Shown one piece after another: positions 1 to 11,487 of a DNA stretch of 64,000 bases. Position numbers and translations under genes: made by a program. Source of the DNA: Eledone cirrhosa (lineage: Eukaryota); NCBI GenBank assembly GCA_964016885.1, contig OZ024742.1, forward strand, positions 53,196,001 to 53,260,000, written 5' to 3'. Under the pieces are notes generated by a model. The model made no database searches and was not told the DNA's origin. It was given only the letters and a program-made list of their open reading frames with translations. How positions within the stretch are numbered: the first letter of the stretch is position 1; every line of letters begins with the position of its first letter.

Positions 1-208
1 ACAATAGAAACGCGTAAAGCGAGTGAGACAAGTAAACAACACAGGGGGAAGCTAACCGAAGATGGAAATAAACACAAGCAACATAGTTATTCTTTCAGCA
101 TAAGCTGTGTGAATATATGAGCGAGTCAGAAAACAGACCTTACGCTAGTGAATCCGGTGTTAGAAAGAATGAAAACCGTTTTCCCAGCGAACGGGAGGAA
201 GAAAGAAG

Positions 209-210
<2 letters not shown>
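1..210 (+). repeat. Dispersed repeat, partial copy of the 12658-13274 element
   Basis: GAAACGCGTAAAGCGAGTGAGACAAG... aligns with about 12783-12985 and ends at (TA)n. Confidence 0.7.
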
Positions 211-256
<46 letters not shown>

Positions 257-735
257 CATACATATTTGCTTTTGTGGAAAAGTGGCATCTCATTACACGT
301 CGTTGAGTATTCAAAAACTACAGAATCGGATGTATAAGGTTAAACAATGGAAACAAATAAGACAAGGTTAGTACATACTGTATGTAGTAGCTATTTAATC
401 TATTTTACGATTGTTTCAAATGGCATTTTATCGATATATTGACTAACCACATTGGCATATAGTTGGATAATACATGTGTCCCTATTCGTTTTTTGCGTGT
501 AGGGATATATACTTTATTATTATTAATCTCCCCCTGGTCGAGATGAAATTTACTCGTTTTGACTACTGCTAGTTATAGTGGTAGTAGACTGACCTCCCTG
601 CCTCTGCATTCTATCTTTGCACACGGCACTGGACAGAATTGCTTCCACATCATTCATTCTCATCTCGGGAACAATTTTGAATAGCGCCAGTTCGTAATTT
701 GAACTCGGGAATTTTATAGTCTCCGAGTGAAAAAA

Positions 736-822
736 ACCTTCTGACGAGAGTTTATCTTTTCAATGGAAGCCCGCAAGGACTATCCATTTATTTTTGAGAC
801 TCGAAACCGATTCGGTAAAGGT
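736..822 (+). ncRNA. Type I hammerhead ribozyme with extended stem II
   Basis: Stem I ACCTT/AAGGT; core CTGACGA; stem II GAGTTT/AGACTC; GAAA; stem III ACCGA-T-TCGGT; predicted GUA cleavage after 817. Confidence 0.75.
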
Positions 823-889
823 AACCATAGTAAGTACAGTGAATTTTTTGAAATTTATTTTGAAACTTTTTCTTATTTGCTAAACCTTG

Positions 890-1004
<115 letters not shown>

Positions 1005-1043
1005 ATATTAAATAAATGGAAACTATATTTATAAAACCATATT

Positions 1044-1106
1044 TATTTTATTATATATATTTCAAGGGTACCAAAAGACTTTAGTACGCTTTCTTCAGAT
1101 AAAATA
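1044..1106 (-). ncRNA. Minimal type I hammerhead ribozyme (family A, left arm)
   Basis: Reverse complement of 1232-1294. Confidence 0.72.
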
Positions 1107-1231
1107 CAAAGTTTGTTTTATAAATAGAGACATACACAGGAAAATCATACCTTATCAGTTGGATCCAGAGAATATCCAACTGATAAGGTATGATTTTCCT
1201 GTGTATGTGTCTATTTATAAAACAAACTTTG

Positions 1232-1294
1232 TATTTTATCTGAAGAAAGCGTACTAAAGTCTTTTGGTACCCTTGAAATATATATAATAAAATA
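1232..1294 (+). ncRNA. Minimal type I hammerhead ribozyme (family A, right arm)
   Basis: TATTTTAT-CTGAAGA-AAGCGTAC..GTACCCTT-GAAA-TATATA-TA-ATAAAATA, with palindromic stem III. Confidence 0.75.
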
Positions 1295-1521
1295 AATATG
1301 GTTTTATAAATATAGTTTCCATTTATTTAATATCATTGAATATTTACTCCAGGAACTTGTTGAGTGCTCTAAATGAGTTATAAACATTTCTATTTATATT
1401 TGTCAGATTTCCAACAAATTAAATACCCCTTCTACATATATATATATATATATTATTCAAAATATTCCTGTAGGAATTGAATAATCAAAACCTTAGCGGT
1501 ATGTCGCATATACAATCTCTC

Positions 1522-1590
1522 ATATATTTTATCTGATGAAAACGTACTGAAACACCATTGTACCTTTGAAATATGTATAATAAAATATAT
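1522..1590 (+). ncRNA. Minimal type I hammerhead ribozyme in a family B element (about 1450-1738)
   Basis: 11-bp stem I ATATATTTTAT/ATAAAATATAT; CTGATGA; stem II AAACGTAC/GTACCTTT; GAAA-TATGTA-TA. Downstream sequence is homologous to 45842-45985. Confidence 0.75.
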
Positions 1591-1780
1591 ATTTTCGTTA
1601 TGAGAATATTTTTCCTTTATTAATATTTTGAATAATATTAAATACTCCAGATAAATTACTGTCGAGTGCTTCTAATCTATTGTAAAATTGTAAAATTGTA
1701 TTCGTTGAATAATCAACGAACCATATAAACTTTGGTTATATATATATATATATATATATCGAATATATAAATATTAATAA

Positions 1781-1985
1781 TGGTTTCTGATTTAGGCAAG
1801 GTCAGCAACTTTGGGAGAATGGAAAGTCGATTAAATCGACCCCAGTGTGGGACTGGTACTTTATTTTATCGACCCCGTAACGATGAGAGGCAAAGCTAAA
1901 CTCGGCGGGATTTGAACTCAGAACGCAAACAGCCGTAACTATATGCTGCAAAGCATGTTGTCCAACGCCCTACCGATACTTTTAA
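1781..1985 (-). mobile_element. tRNA-derived SINE (major family)
   Basis: B box GAGTTCAAATCCC and central CTTTGCCTYTCATC..GGGGTCGATAAAATAAAGTACCAG block shared with about 15 other copies. Confidence 0.8.
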
Positions 1986-2006
1986 CCCAATAGTAATAAT
2001 AATTAC

Positions 2007-2177
2007 CGTCAATAATCCGCCTGGCGACCATTATCATCATTCCTACTGCGAACTCAGCCACGCAATCACTGGAGACTGTGCTGCAGTTTGCTGCGACAAT
2101 ATTTCGTTTTTTTATTTCGACTATATCCAAATGTTCGTAGCCAACTGACATTGTGCACACAGCTTTCAACTGCGATC
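2007..2177 (-). CDS. GRHPR: GRHPR-like coding exon 2 (171 nt, phase 1-1); gene continues beyond the left edge
   Basis: Acceptor TTTCTTTTCCAG|GA joins exon 1 in frame (G+GA=Gly), giving SQLKAVCTMSVGYEHLDIVEIKKR...VAEFAVGMMIMVARRIID. Probable donor G|GTAATT after 2007. Confidence 0.85.
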
Positions 2178-2628
2178 CTGGAAAAGAAATATGACAGGAA
2201 GACAAAAAAGTTTTGAAATAAATAAATGATTTATATATATGTTAACTCTCTGACCTGTTGTTTTCTTTTCTTTTCTTTAGAAAAAGAGTTCCTAACCTCA
2301 AAATATTGTGAAACAGGTTAAAAGTAAAAACTTGTTTTGTTTGAATTTGAATTTTTACTATACCCGCTTTCTTTAAACAACCATAACCACATATCTGATA
2401 ATGCTTATTATAAACTATACTGCTTTGGTATATATTGGTTCCTGCATGAGCCCTTAACTCTTGTTGGGGCTGTAGGGACACCGTTGTGACATGTTCTGCT
2501 CCTGGGTACGAGATTTGGGGTTTCTGTCTTTTACTTCTTCCATGTTGTTTCTCCATCTTTTCTTCTGCCCTCCTCTCCTCCTCTTATCCCCTTCACAGTT
2601 CCTCTCTGCTGGATCAGAGTTGAGTTAA

Positions 2629-2827
2629 CCCTTCTGTTGCAGTATATCTAATGACATACACAGTATTTCAATTAATTAATGGAGAATTTTAAGGAATTTA
2701 ATAAAATTAATATTTTATTAAGATTGTGTTTGTAATCAAATTATTGGAGGATTTAAATTTATATAGGAATCCCTTTAAATGGGTGGTATTGTTTCATAGA
2801 ACTAGTGGCGGGTTGGTATCAAAAGGG
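2629..2827. mobile_element. piggyBac-type MITE (degenerate)
   Basis: TTAA|CCCTT ... AAGGG|TTGA termini. Related ends at about 61985 and 63025. Confidence 0.45.
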
Positions 2828-3199
2828 TTGAATGCAAAGCAGTAGCCATAACAACAATACAACTGACACAACGATTCTTCAGCAGATAGAGGTGATAACG
2901 TTATATGTAAACAGCCATCGTTGCTTCATACTCGGTTACAGGAAATGAAATGTAATTTAGTTTCTGTTAAAAAGATGACACCACTGAGGTGTTGGGTGCT
3001 TAAAAACACAAAACACAACATAGAAATTAGTTTTATGAATTTAATTATGTATTAACTCCAGGAAAATATATTCTCAGTTCAAATAGAATTACTAAAGATA
3101 ATCACAAAACCTAATAAATTAATAAGTTTTTTAGACACTAGAGAAATACACAGACATATCTAATATCTATGTTTTCAATTTCATTATGTGTTACCAAGA

Positions 3200-3340
3200 G
3201 GTGGAGAATTGGCCGAATCGTTAGAACGTCAGATAGAATGATTTGCGGTATTCGTTCCGGCTGTCTGCGCCCTGAGTTTAAAATGGCGTTTATTCTTTCG
3301 AGGTCGATAGATATAGTACGAGTCTAGTACTGGAGTCAGT
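3200..3340 (+). mobile_element. Diverged SINE copy
   Basis: A-box-like TTGGCCGAATCGTTAG and GAGGTCGATAG..AGTAC; similar to 8877-9045. Confidence 0.55.
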
Positions 3341-3662
3341 TCTTCCTCTAAATCTCTTTTGCATTTCCTCTCTATCACCCCCTCGCCTTCTCTGGAAGAA
3401 AGCAGTTGTGTTTAGACATAGAGAGGAGATGGTCTCTGCCAAGTTTAAGTGCCCAAGAAATGCCGCTTATCACCTGGGAGGGTAACAATACCTCCCCGCT
3501 TACTAGCGTCGGACCTAGAGAGAGAGAGGCGGTTGTCATGTTAAAAGGAAATAGTATAAAGATATGGTAGTATAAGATGAAAAAAATTTGCTAATCTCTG
3601 TTGGCAAAGAGTGTGTTCATGGAGGGCTTTGAGATTTGTGGAATCTTTTAATATTAACGAGA

Positions 3663-3870
3663 GGGTGGTAGATTGGTAGAACATCGGTAAAATGACATTA
3701 TGTTATTTGATCTGGCCTTTTACATTCTGAGTTCAAATCCCGCAGAGGTCAACTTTGCCTTTGAGCCTTCCGGGATTAATAAAATAAAGTACCAGTCAAA
3801 TACTGAGGTTTATTTTATCAACTTAGCCCTTCTTTCCAAATTTGCTGGCCTTGAGCTTAAATTCGAAATC
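3663..3870 (+). mobile_element. tRNA-derived SINE
   Basis: CTGAGTTCAAATCCCGCAGAGGTCAACTTTGCCTTT core. Confidence 0.75.
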
Positions 3871-4449
3871 AATATTAACGAGTTTAGGGAGGCGGGTGTA
3901 AGAAATGAATAAAATAAACAAAGAACTGAAATTAAATAAATCGATACTGCTGAATAAGCTATATTATAAAATCGTTAATCAATAATACATTTCTTTAGCT
4001 AACGCTTTTTCTAATTTCACTGAAGAAATTCGATTTCTATTTACATTTGGATAATTATATAAAAATAAAAAAATGTATTTACTTTTTATTTTAATGAATT
4101 TCATTTCTTTACTAATAAACATGTTAACCATTTCTTAAACTTTGAATAGTTATCAATTCTCTTACATAGTTTATTCCATTGGAAGGGAATGATTTGAAAT
4201 AACCTTTGACAATCAATTTCAGCAAAACTGACTTAACGATTGAAAACAAGAAAACTAAGTATTTCGTCGGATTCACCGGATTTACTGCGCGTGCGTGCTT
4301 CGGCCCATACATACAAGTGTCGGCTGTAAAATGTTACATGCATTAATTTCAACTTTTCATATTAATAACTGCATTGTTTCTTTCCGGGGACTATGTTGAA
4401 AAATAAACCTCATTTGGTCATTCCATGAGAGTATCTTGGTCTGCCTATG

Positions 4450-4678
4450 AACTTTTCACCTGACCCTAGTATAGCCGTTAGAGTTAAAAGCAATGTTAGA
4501 GTAATGGTAAGAGTTCGTTATTGTTAATGTTCATTTGTGTGAGGGCTCATTATGTTTAGAGTTAGGGTTCATTTGGGTGAAGGCTCAGAGTTAGTTAAGA
4601 TTAGTGTTAGGGCTCATGAGAGTTAAGTTACGTGAGGGTTAAGGCTCATTAGAGTACGTGAGGGTTAGGGTGAGGATT
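4450..4678 (+). repeat. Degenerate TTAGGG-like repeat
   Basis: GTTAGGGTT, GAGGGTTAGGGTGAGG and GTTAGAGTT variants. Confidence 0.45.
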
Positions 4679-4700
4679 TATTAGAAACCATTATTGTTTA

Positions 4701-4883
4701 GCGGTGGATTGGCAGTATCGGTAGAGGGTCGGGCGCCATGCTTTCCAGCATAGTTACGTCCCTTTGCGGTCTGAGTTCAAATCCCGCCGAGGTTAACTTT
4801 GCCTTTCATCCTTACGGGGTCGATAAAATAAAGTACCAGTAATGTACTGGGTATTTGATGGCCTTGTGCCAAAAGTAGAAACA
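4701..4883 (+). mobile_element. tRNA-derived SINE with target-site duplication
   Basis: A box TGGCAGTATCGGTAG, B box GAGTTCAAATCCC, flanked by direct repeat ATTATTGTTTA. Confidence 0.88.
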
Positions 4884-5129
4884 ATTATTGTTTAAATCCT
4901 GTTAAACATTCAACGTTAAAGACAGCCCCATCGTAGGCCAACCTGCTAAAATAGCAGTTAAATCTCCCTCAAATTACACCCTAGTTTTTAAAATAAGGAT
5001 TGGAACAAGAACAGAGATTAAATAAAGTAGTTCTAAATACTCCCGAGAAAGAAAAAAAGACCAAACCAACGAGATAGCTTCGCATTACTGATTTGATAGA
5101 AATAGCTACCGAATCACACCTCCAGTGTC

Positions 5130-5226
5130 TTTTGGAGACGGTTGCTTCTGACAGGACTCGCAGGAAGGCGTGCTTGAGGACTGATCCTACGAACCTCTCA
5201 GGAATAAATGAGAGAAGAAGAAGAAA
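5130..5226 (+). mobile_element. 3' tail of an Expander/Rex3-like RTE LINE
   Basis: Matches 59688-59787, including the (GAA)n tail. Confidence 0.6.
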
Positions 5227-5354
5227 GTCAACAACTGGATCATCACGGTTGGAATGCCTCTAATAATAGGTGGTCTGCTCAGTGCAGCATGACCTAGGGA
5301 TGAACAAACAACATTAAACATAAGAAGAAATTGTATATCGTAACTTGTATTTAC

Positions 5355-5550
5355 CTGCAGCGTCTAACACCTCTTTATTAATATTATCTGTCAACACACA
5401 AAGGATACCATCGTATTTCTTATGTAAATTTTTAATGAGATCTTTTTGAGGGATAGCTTCATCGGATTCCCAGAAATCCAATTCATATCCTTTACTGCGT
5501 AGCAATTTTATACCAGGATTTGGTATTTTTCGTGTCACATATACCCTCAT
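5355..5550 (-). CDS. GRHPR: Glyoxylate reductase/hydroxypyruvate reductase-like D-2-hydroxyacid dehydrogenase, coding exon 1
   Basis: MRVYVTRKIP...WESDEAIPQKDL...DGILCVLTDNINKEVLDAAG matches the GRHPR/2-Hacid_dh N-terminus. ATG at 5550 in AAATATG context with an in-frame TAG upstream. Donor CAG|GTAAAT after 5355 (phase 1). Confidence 0.85.
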
Positions 5551-5800
5551 ATTTGATATTTTGTAGTTTTAGCTAATTACACGAAAGCTTCACTGAATTT
5601 TTTTAAAAATTCGTGAGGTAAAAACGTTTTAACGTTTTAGCAAAACGTTTTTAGTCAATGGCCCTGTGTTTGTGTATGTGTGCTAAAACGCTTTTCTTTA
5701 ACTGACACATTGGGATGAGAGCGTCGCACACGTGACAGGAATCTCGTGAGGTAGAATGTTTGTTATAGCGGATATGGTTGGGTGTATTATGAAAATCGTT
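5551..5800 (-). promoter_or_regulatory. Putative 5'UTR/proximal promoter of the GRHPR-like gene
   Basis: Unique, locally CpG-containing sequence upstream of the ATG, with an E-box CACGTG (about 5728) and two TCGTGAGG motifs. Positional inference only. Confidence 0.25.
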
Positions 5801-5859
5801 ATTCACTAAATTCCATATAATGTTTCTTCTTTTTCTTTTTTACTCTTGCTCAATGGGAC

Positions 5860-6335
5860 TGAAATCATCATACATCAGCGAACCCAGAGTCATCATCGTG
5901 AGTAGAGTCGACCAGGTCCCGTGCCAGCCCATCTGCATTCTCCCATGTGACGTCAAACCTCTGGAGATCTTCCTTAATCACATCCAGCCATCTGGTGCGA
6001 CACCTGTCGCGGGGCCTCTTCCTGTCTATAGCTGCTGCGTCGAACGAGAGTAAGGTCCTGGTAGGATGATCTGGCGGGAGGTGAAAAGCATGTCCATACC
6101 AACGCATAACTATGAGTAGGGAGGCAACAGGCTGCTGTGTGAGCGCACACAACTCTTTGTTGGAAACGTGGTGGTATCATCTGATGTCTCGATGGTTCTC
6201 TGGGCTCTGCTATCGAATCCGTCGATCCACTTTTCCAGTATCTTTGTCAGGTACCAAGTTTCTGCTCCATAGAGGAGAACAGAAAGGACCGATGCGTTGT
6301 AAATACGGAGCTCCATCTTCCAGGAGAGAGGGGGC
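5860..6335 (-). mobile_element. RTE-clade LINE 3' fragment (frameshifted)
   Basis: LRIYNASVLSVLLYGAETW; RWYGHA...KRPRDRCRTRWLDVIKEDL. Confidence 0.8.
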
Positions 6336-6379
6336 AGTGGCGCCAAAGGGGCTTCCATAGGGAGTGATATATAATGTTT

Positions 6380-7335
6380 GTAAAAAAAAAAAAAAAAAAG
6401 TAAAAGTAAGGGAAAGGGAAGAGGATTCGGCAGACTTGTCTAGGTGATATATCTCAACTATGCCCCGTCGACAAGATAGCGAAAACAATGCCACAAAAAG
6501 CAGCCAGTGACACTCGCTGCACCTGCCACTCCACCTCATGAGGCTCCTTCCCCAAGTGGGATGCACTCTGCCTAGTTTTACGGAAGAAAACAGCAGTTCA
6601 GGGACCGAGAAAACCATAGGTCTCAACGGCGGCCAGCACGAAAAGGGAGCGGTCGATCAAGTACCGCTCCAAATTAGAGATTTATCTCCTTCGGACGGGA
6701 AGAGGGTTATCCAGCCTGAGAGCTTGCCATCAGCACGGTCGAGGCCGGTAGGCTCCAGTTGTGACGGGAAACCGACCACATCAAGACACCTTGTGATAAC
6801 GTGGTTCAAGGCAGTGTGCCCAGGGATCCTACATACACTGTTGCGACAAGAGAGATAATTTAGTCCGAACTCATCAACCGTGGTGCCACATCAGTTTTTG
6901 TGTGGCTTACAAATGTAGGGGCCAAACTACTGGGCCAATCCAATGCGGGTGCACTCATCGTCAAGAAGGGAATCGACTGACGAGGAAGGCACCGAATTGA
7001 TCCATGGAACTACTTTACTTTTCAGATACATTATCAATATCCATTCCGATTCGTGCGTATCGCTCCTGAATGTGGCCATCTCCGTTACAATAGTAGTGAG
7101 TAGGGAGTTGGTCCAAGGACCAAGAACCCCGGAAGTCTCCATTGCTACGGGTTCGACGGTAAACCTATCGGAAAGCGACTGATACTTCAACAGCTTGCGA
7201 TCTTTTGGCTTGACAAGCAGCGAAGTCTGGGTTAGTCGCTAAATGTACCAGGTTGCCGCTAGAGTAGGTGATATTGCATGTAGCGTCCCAAGTGAGGGGC
7301 TTACCTCCGCTGAACGGGAAGGTTGTGATGTCAAA
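6380..7335 (-). mobile_element. CRE-like RLE non-LTR retrotransposon remnants (two partial, out-of-order pieces)
   Basis: GKPLTWDATC..KYQSL..PVAMETSGVLGP, followed by LLDDECTRIG, ALNHVI..LEPTGLDRADG and terminal EWQVQRVSLA, then a poly-T tail. Confidence 0.65.
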
Positions 7336-7504
7336 CGTTAATAAATGCTTACTGGCTTCTTTTAAGATGTCTTTGTTGATAACATCATTTAAATGGCAAG
7401 AGTAGCTATGAACCTATTCTTCATTTTATCCAGTGGATTTTCATGGGATATTGCTTGATCTGCCAGTTGGAATAGTTATTCCAACGCGTCTCCCTCCGAA
7501 GCTA

Positions 7505-8060
7505 CGTCTTCTCTATTTTTTTTTCGCTGGGACCACGAAGTAGCCTTCGTCTTGACTCCCTCACATAGCTCGGGACTTTATCACTAGGGTAATGATGTTT
7601 GAGTACGCTTTTCGGACTTTTACGACTGCCATTACTCCTGCTTTTAAATAAAAACTTCTTCTTCTCCTCCAATTGATCCGGCTGGATCCCTAAGTGAGAC
7701 AAGCCGATCTTATGGATGTTATCCTACCATCTTTCTCGGGGTCTACCCCTCGGTCTCCTACCGGTTTGTGTTGCCCGTAAAATCTGTCCAGCGATTCTTT
7801 CCTGACACATTCTAACTACATGTCCGTAATATTAAAGCTGTGTTCTCTCAATTCGCTATCTTCAGTTCGGTATTCTTGCCAACCCTTACCTATGGTCATG
7901 TATTTTGGGTAATGACCGAAAGGATACGATCACGAATACAAGCAACCGAAATGGGGGTTCCTCCGAAGGTTCTTTGAGTAACTTTACTCGATTGAGTGTG
8001 TAGCTCGGAGATCAGAGAGTCACTCCAAATAGAGCCACTACTTCTCCGAATTGAGAGAAA
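7505..8060. mobile_element. Expander/Rex3-like RTE fragment with 5' inversion
   Basis: Plus piece about 7862-8060 encodes SVFLPTLTYGH..WVMTER..LLRIER. Minus piece about 7855-7505 continues with IERTQL.YYGHV..RPRGRPR.RW. Confidence 0.7.
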
Positions 8061-8197
8061 AATAACTTAACATCAAATAATTGTACGTTATATTTCAAAC
8101 CGAAACCTAACACGGTGGCCAGAGTTTCGCATCTATACCCTTGTTCAGTAGCATGCACACATCAAGCATAGTAATCCAGTGTGTTATATAAACGTAA

Positions 8198-8510
8198 TCT
8201 ACTAATACAATAGCCTTGTGTATTTGTCCGTAACACAGTAAAGATGACTGGGGAAGGAAGAGGTGATTACGTCAACCGAGGAAGGAAAGGGGTGATTACG
8301 TCGACTGAAGAAAAAGGGTGTGAGAAACTATAGAAGTCCAACGTTCTAAGATTCGTCACAGCTGTGTGTTTGTATGTTTGTATCACTTGTGTGAGTGAGC
8401 GCAAAAGAACCAACAAACCAACCAGCCAACCAACAAACAAACATCTCTTTTTTATATTATGTATAGATATTACAATTAGCCGTCATTTTTGACGGCACGA
8501 AGCCAGCTAG
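8198..8510 (+). mobile_element. Non-autonomous Helitron-like element
   Basis: A|TCTACTAATAC 5' end; subterminal hairpin GCCGTC-ATTTTT-GACGGC; CTAG|T 3' end. Confidence 0.6.
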
Positions 8511-8639
8511 TTACTATATAGACGTGATTACAGCCAAATATCTGCTGCCTAAATACCGACCACTTCCTTGTCGTCACGGTCACCGTCGAGCCGACCTCTT
8601 CCTTGTCGTCACGGTCACCGTCGAGCCTTCCGGGGTCAG

Positions 8640-8830
8640 TAAAATCTGTGGAGTGGTTGATGCAGCGGGTGTCGCTGGCTGTTCTTGGCGTCAATCCTTT
8701 CGTCATCTTGTTCACAACTAAGATATACCGCCTACACTGGGGTGTCGAGGTTGCCCTTCCCTTTTCATTTTTTTTTTCATTATTTAATTTTCTTTTTTTT
8801 TTTATTATTATTTATTATGTAAATAAAATT
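8640..8830 (+). mobile_element. CRE-like RLE element 3' end
   Basis: EWLMQRVSLAV..N.FVIL followed by a T-rich tail; homologous to about 25060-25230. Confidence 0.55.
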
Positions 8831-8876
8831 TGTTGCTTACTAACGTTTTAAATTTAGTATGGTTTATTTATCGTAA

Positions 8877-9045
8877 AGGCGTAGAATTGGAGACAGCAGA
8901 GTCGTTAGAACGTCAGATAGAGTGCCTGTGGTATTCAGTCCAGCCCTCTGCGCTCTGAATTAAAAACCTGCCTTAATCAACTTTGCCTTTCATCTTTTCG
9001 AAATTGATAAAATAAAGAAGCCAGTTAAGCACTGGAGTTGATTCG
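8877..9045 (+). mobile_element. Diverged SINE copy
   Basis: AACTTTGCCTTTCATCTTTTCGAAATTGATAAAATAAAG core. Confidence 0.65.
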
Positions 9046-9789
9046 CCCTCTATATCTCTTTCTCGCTTCTTCCTATCACTCTCTTTCTCTGCTTCTTTGG
9101 AAGAAATCAGCTGCATTCACACCTGGAGAGGTGATTGCCTCTGCCAGGTTTAAAATGTTAAAATGTCTAAGACACGCCGTGTGTCACGACAGCACTCTTA
9201 CGATTCCATCAGGAGTTTCGGGCCCATCCATACATACATATCTGGTAAAATGAAGTATCCTAATTGGATTGCTTATCGACATAGACGTGAGGGAAGGTCC
9301 CTCGTCTATTTACCATCTTTGTATTTACAATATTCCCCCATCAGGTTATCAATTCTAGCAGCATGGATTATATATGTCATTGAGACACGAGCAACATAAT
9401 AATGATTTCAACAGCAGAAATTAGAGATGAAATGTATGTTTATTTTTGTTGTAGCACAAATAATGTTGATTAACTTGCATGGTTGAAGTTACACATAAAA
9501 ATGAGGTTACAAAAGGGAATGTGCCATTGCGCCGGAAAGCCGGCAGGCTAGGGTGAAAAATCTCACCGTCACATTGTACGTGTTGCTGGTTCGAAGTTCC
9601 TGGTGCGAGAGAGATTCTTCAAATCTTTTCGGGTAATTTCTCCCTCAGAGCGCGTAGGGATACATCCTCTTCTACTGGCGCTGATTGGCTGAACTGAGCC
9701 AAATCACGCACAGAGAATGTATGTGAGCCCGCGGAATGTAGGTCACTACACATACATAAGCCATAGAAGGGATAAATCATTCAAAGAGC

Positions 9790-10462
9790 CTGGCATGGAG
9801 TTCCGACAAGTTTATAACATCTCACTTTTAAGGATATCTCTATGCAATACAGGAACAAGAAATCCCTACCAAATATCTGCTACACAAAAGAGGAGGGCCA
9901 TCAATCGACAATAAATGTAGGCTATGTAAAACAAAGATCGAAGATGTTAGCCACATTGTTGCCAACTGCGAAAGAGTGTCGTCTCGTTACTACATCCCTA
10001 TGAGATACAATGTGATAGCTAGAACCATCTGGAACACCCCAAGGAAAACAAAATTAAAAACAAATGAGGAAGAATATGTTGTGGAACCTGAAAATAAAAA
10101 CTCGCCAAATTAAAGCATAACCGGCCTGATATTGTTGTTTAGGACTACACATTGAAAACGTGATCTGTTGTAGAGATTAGCTGTCCACTTGATGTCAACG
10201 TTGTAAGAAAAATACAGGAGGAGGAGGACATCTACAAATCATTGATGAGGAGTTTGTAGATCCAGTATCCAAGATACACCTTCAGCTTCATACCAATTAT
10301 TATTGGAGCTACAGGTTATATACCAATCCGCTTGGACCAAAGTATGACTGAACTTGGATTTGTGGACAAAGAGCGCAGCTCCCTAATCCAGAGACTACAA
10401 ATGGCCGTGATATCTGGCACCTTCAATATTTGCAAAACATTCTTGCGATTCAAGGGATGACA
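9790..10462 (+). mobile_element. R4/Dong-like RLE non-LTR retrotransposon C-terminal fragment (degraded)
   Basis: Read by eye across frameshifts: AIQEQEIPTKY; CCHC knuckle CRLCKTKIEDVSHIVANC; RLE motifs KHNRPDIV, VEISCP, IPIIIGATGYIP. Confidence 0.75.
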
Positions 10463-10557
10463 ATTTCTTTTCTTTTACAACCTTGCCACCAGGAAGGTGG
10501 CCGGTCAAAAATGTACTCGAAATTAAAAGCGAACATACATACATACATACACGCGCG

Positions 10558-11053
<496 letters not shown>

Positions 11054-11381
11054 AGAGAATATAACGTCAAATGAAAGATGTCTTTACTGATTCTATCGTT
11101 ACTTGAAGAAATACAGGTGTGACAACGATGTAAGTCACTGATCAGTCGAAACAACGATTCTTAAAGGAAAGAATCGCTGATTTAGCGATTTTACAGGCAA
11201 AGCCAACCGACAAGAAACCCAGAGTTGGATAACAACCATGAGCTCGGTTGCTAACATCAACGAAATATCGTTATTGAACATCATAACATTTGGCGATTGA
11301 TATCTTAAAGAATATATATATATCGTTCACCTTTTTCAAAGTCATAGACGTTATTAAAAGAAAGAAAGAAAGTGACAGAGG

Positions 11382-11487
<106 letters not shown>

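Noticed and set aside
270-730. Exon 3 of the GRHPR-like gene
   Set aside because: No Rossmann GxGxxG or W..W..CG segment was found in the minus-strand stretch I read (about 560-760) or in the ORF track; the remaining exons probably lie outside the window.
4450-4678. Interstitial telomere or fusion site
   Set aside because: Too degenerate, with few exact TTAGGG units and no head-to-head arrangement.
4701-4790. tRNA genes at A/B-box matches
   Set aside because: No cloverleaf; each continues into the same SINE body with TSDs.
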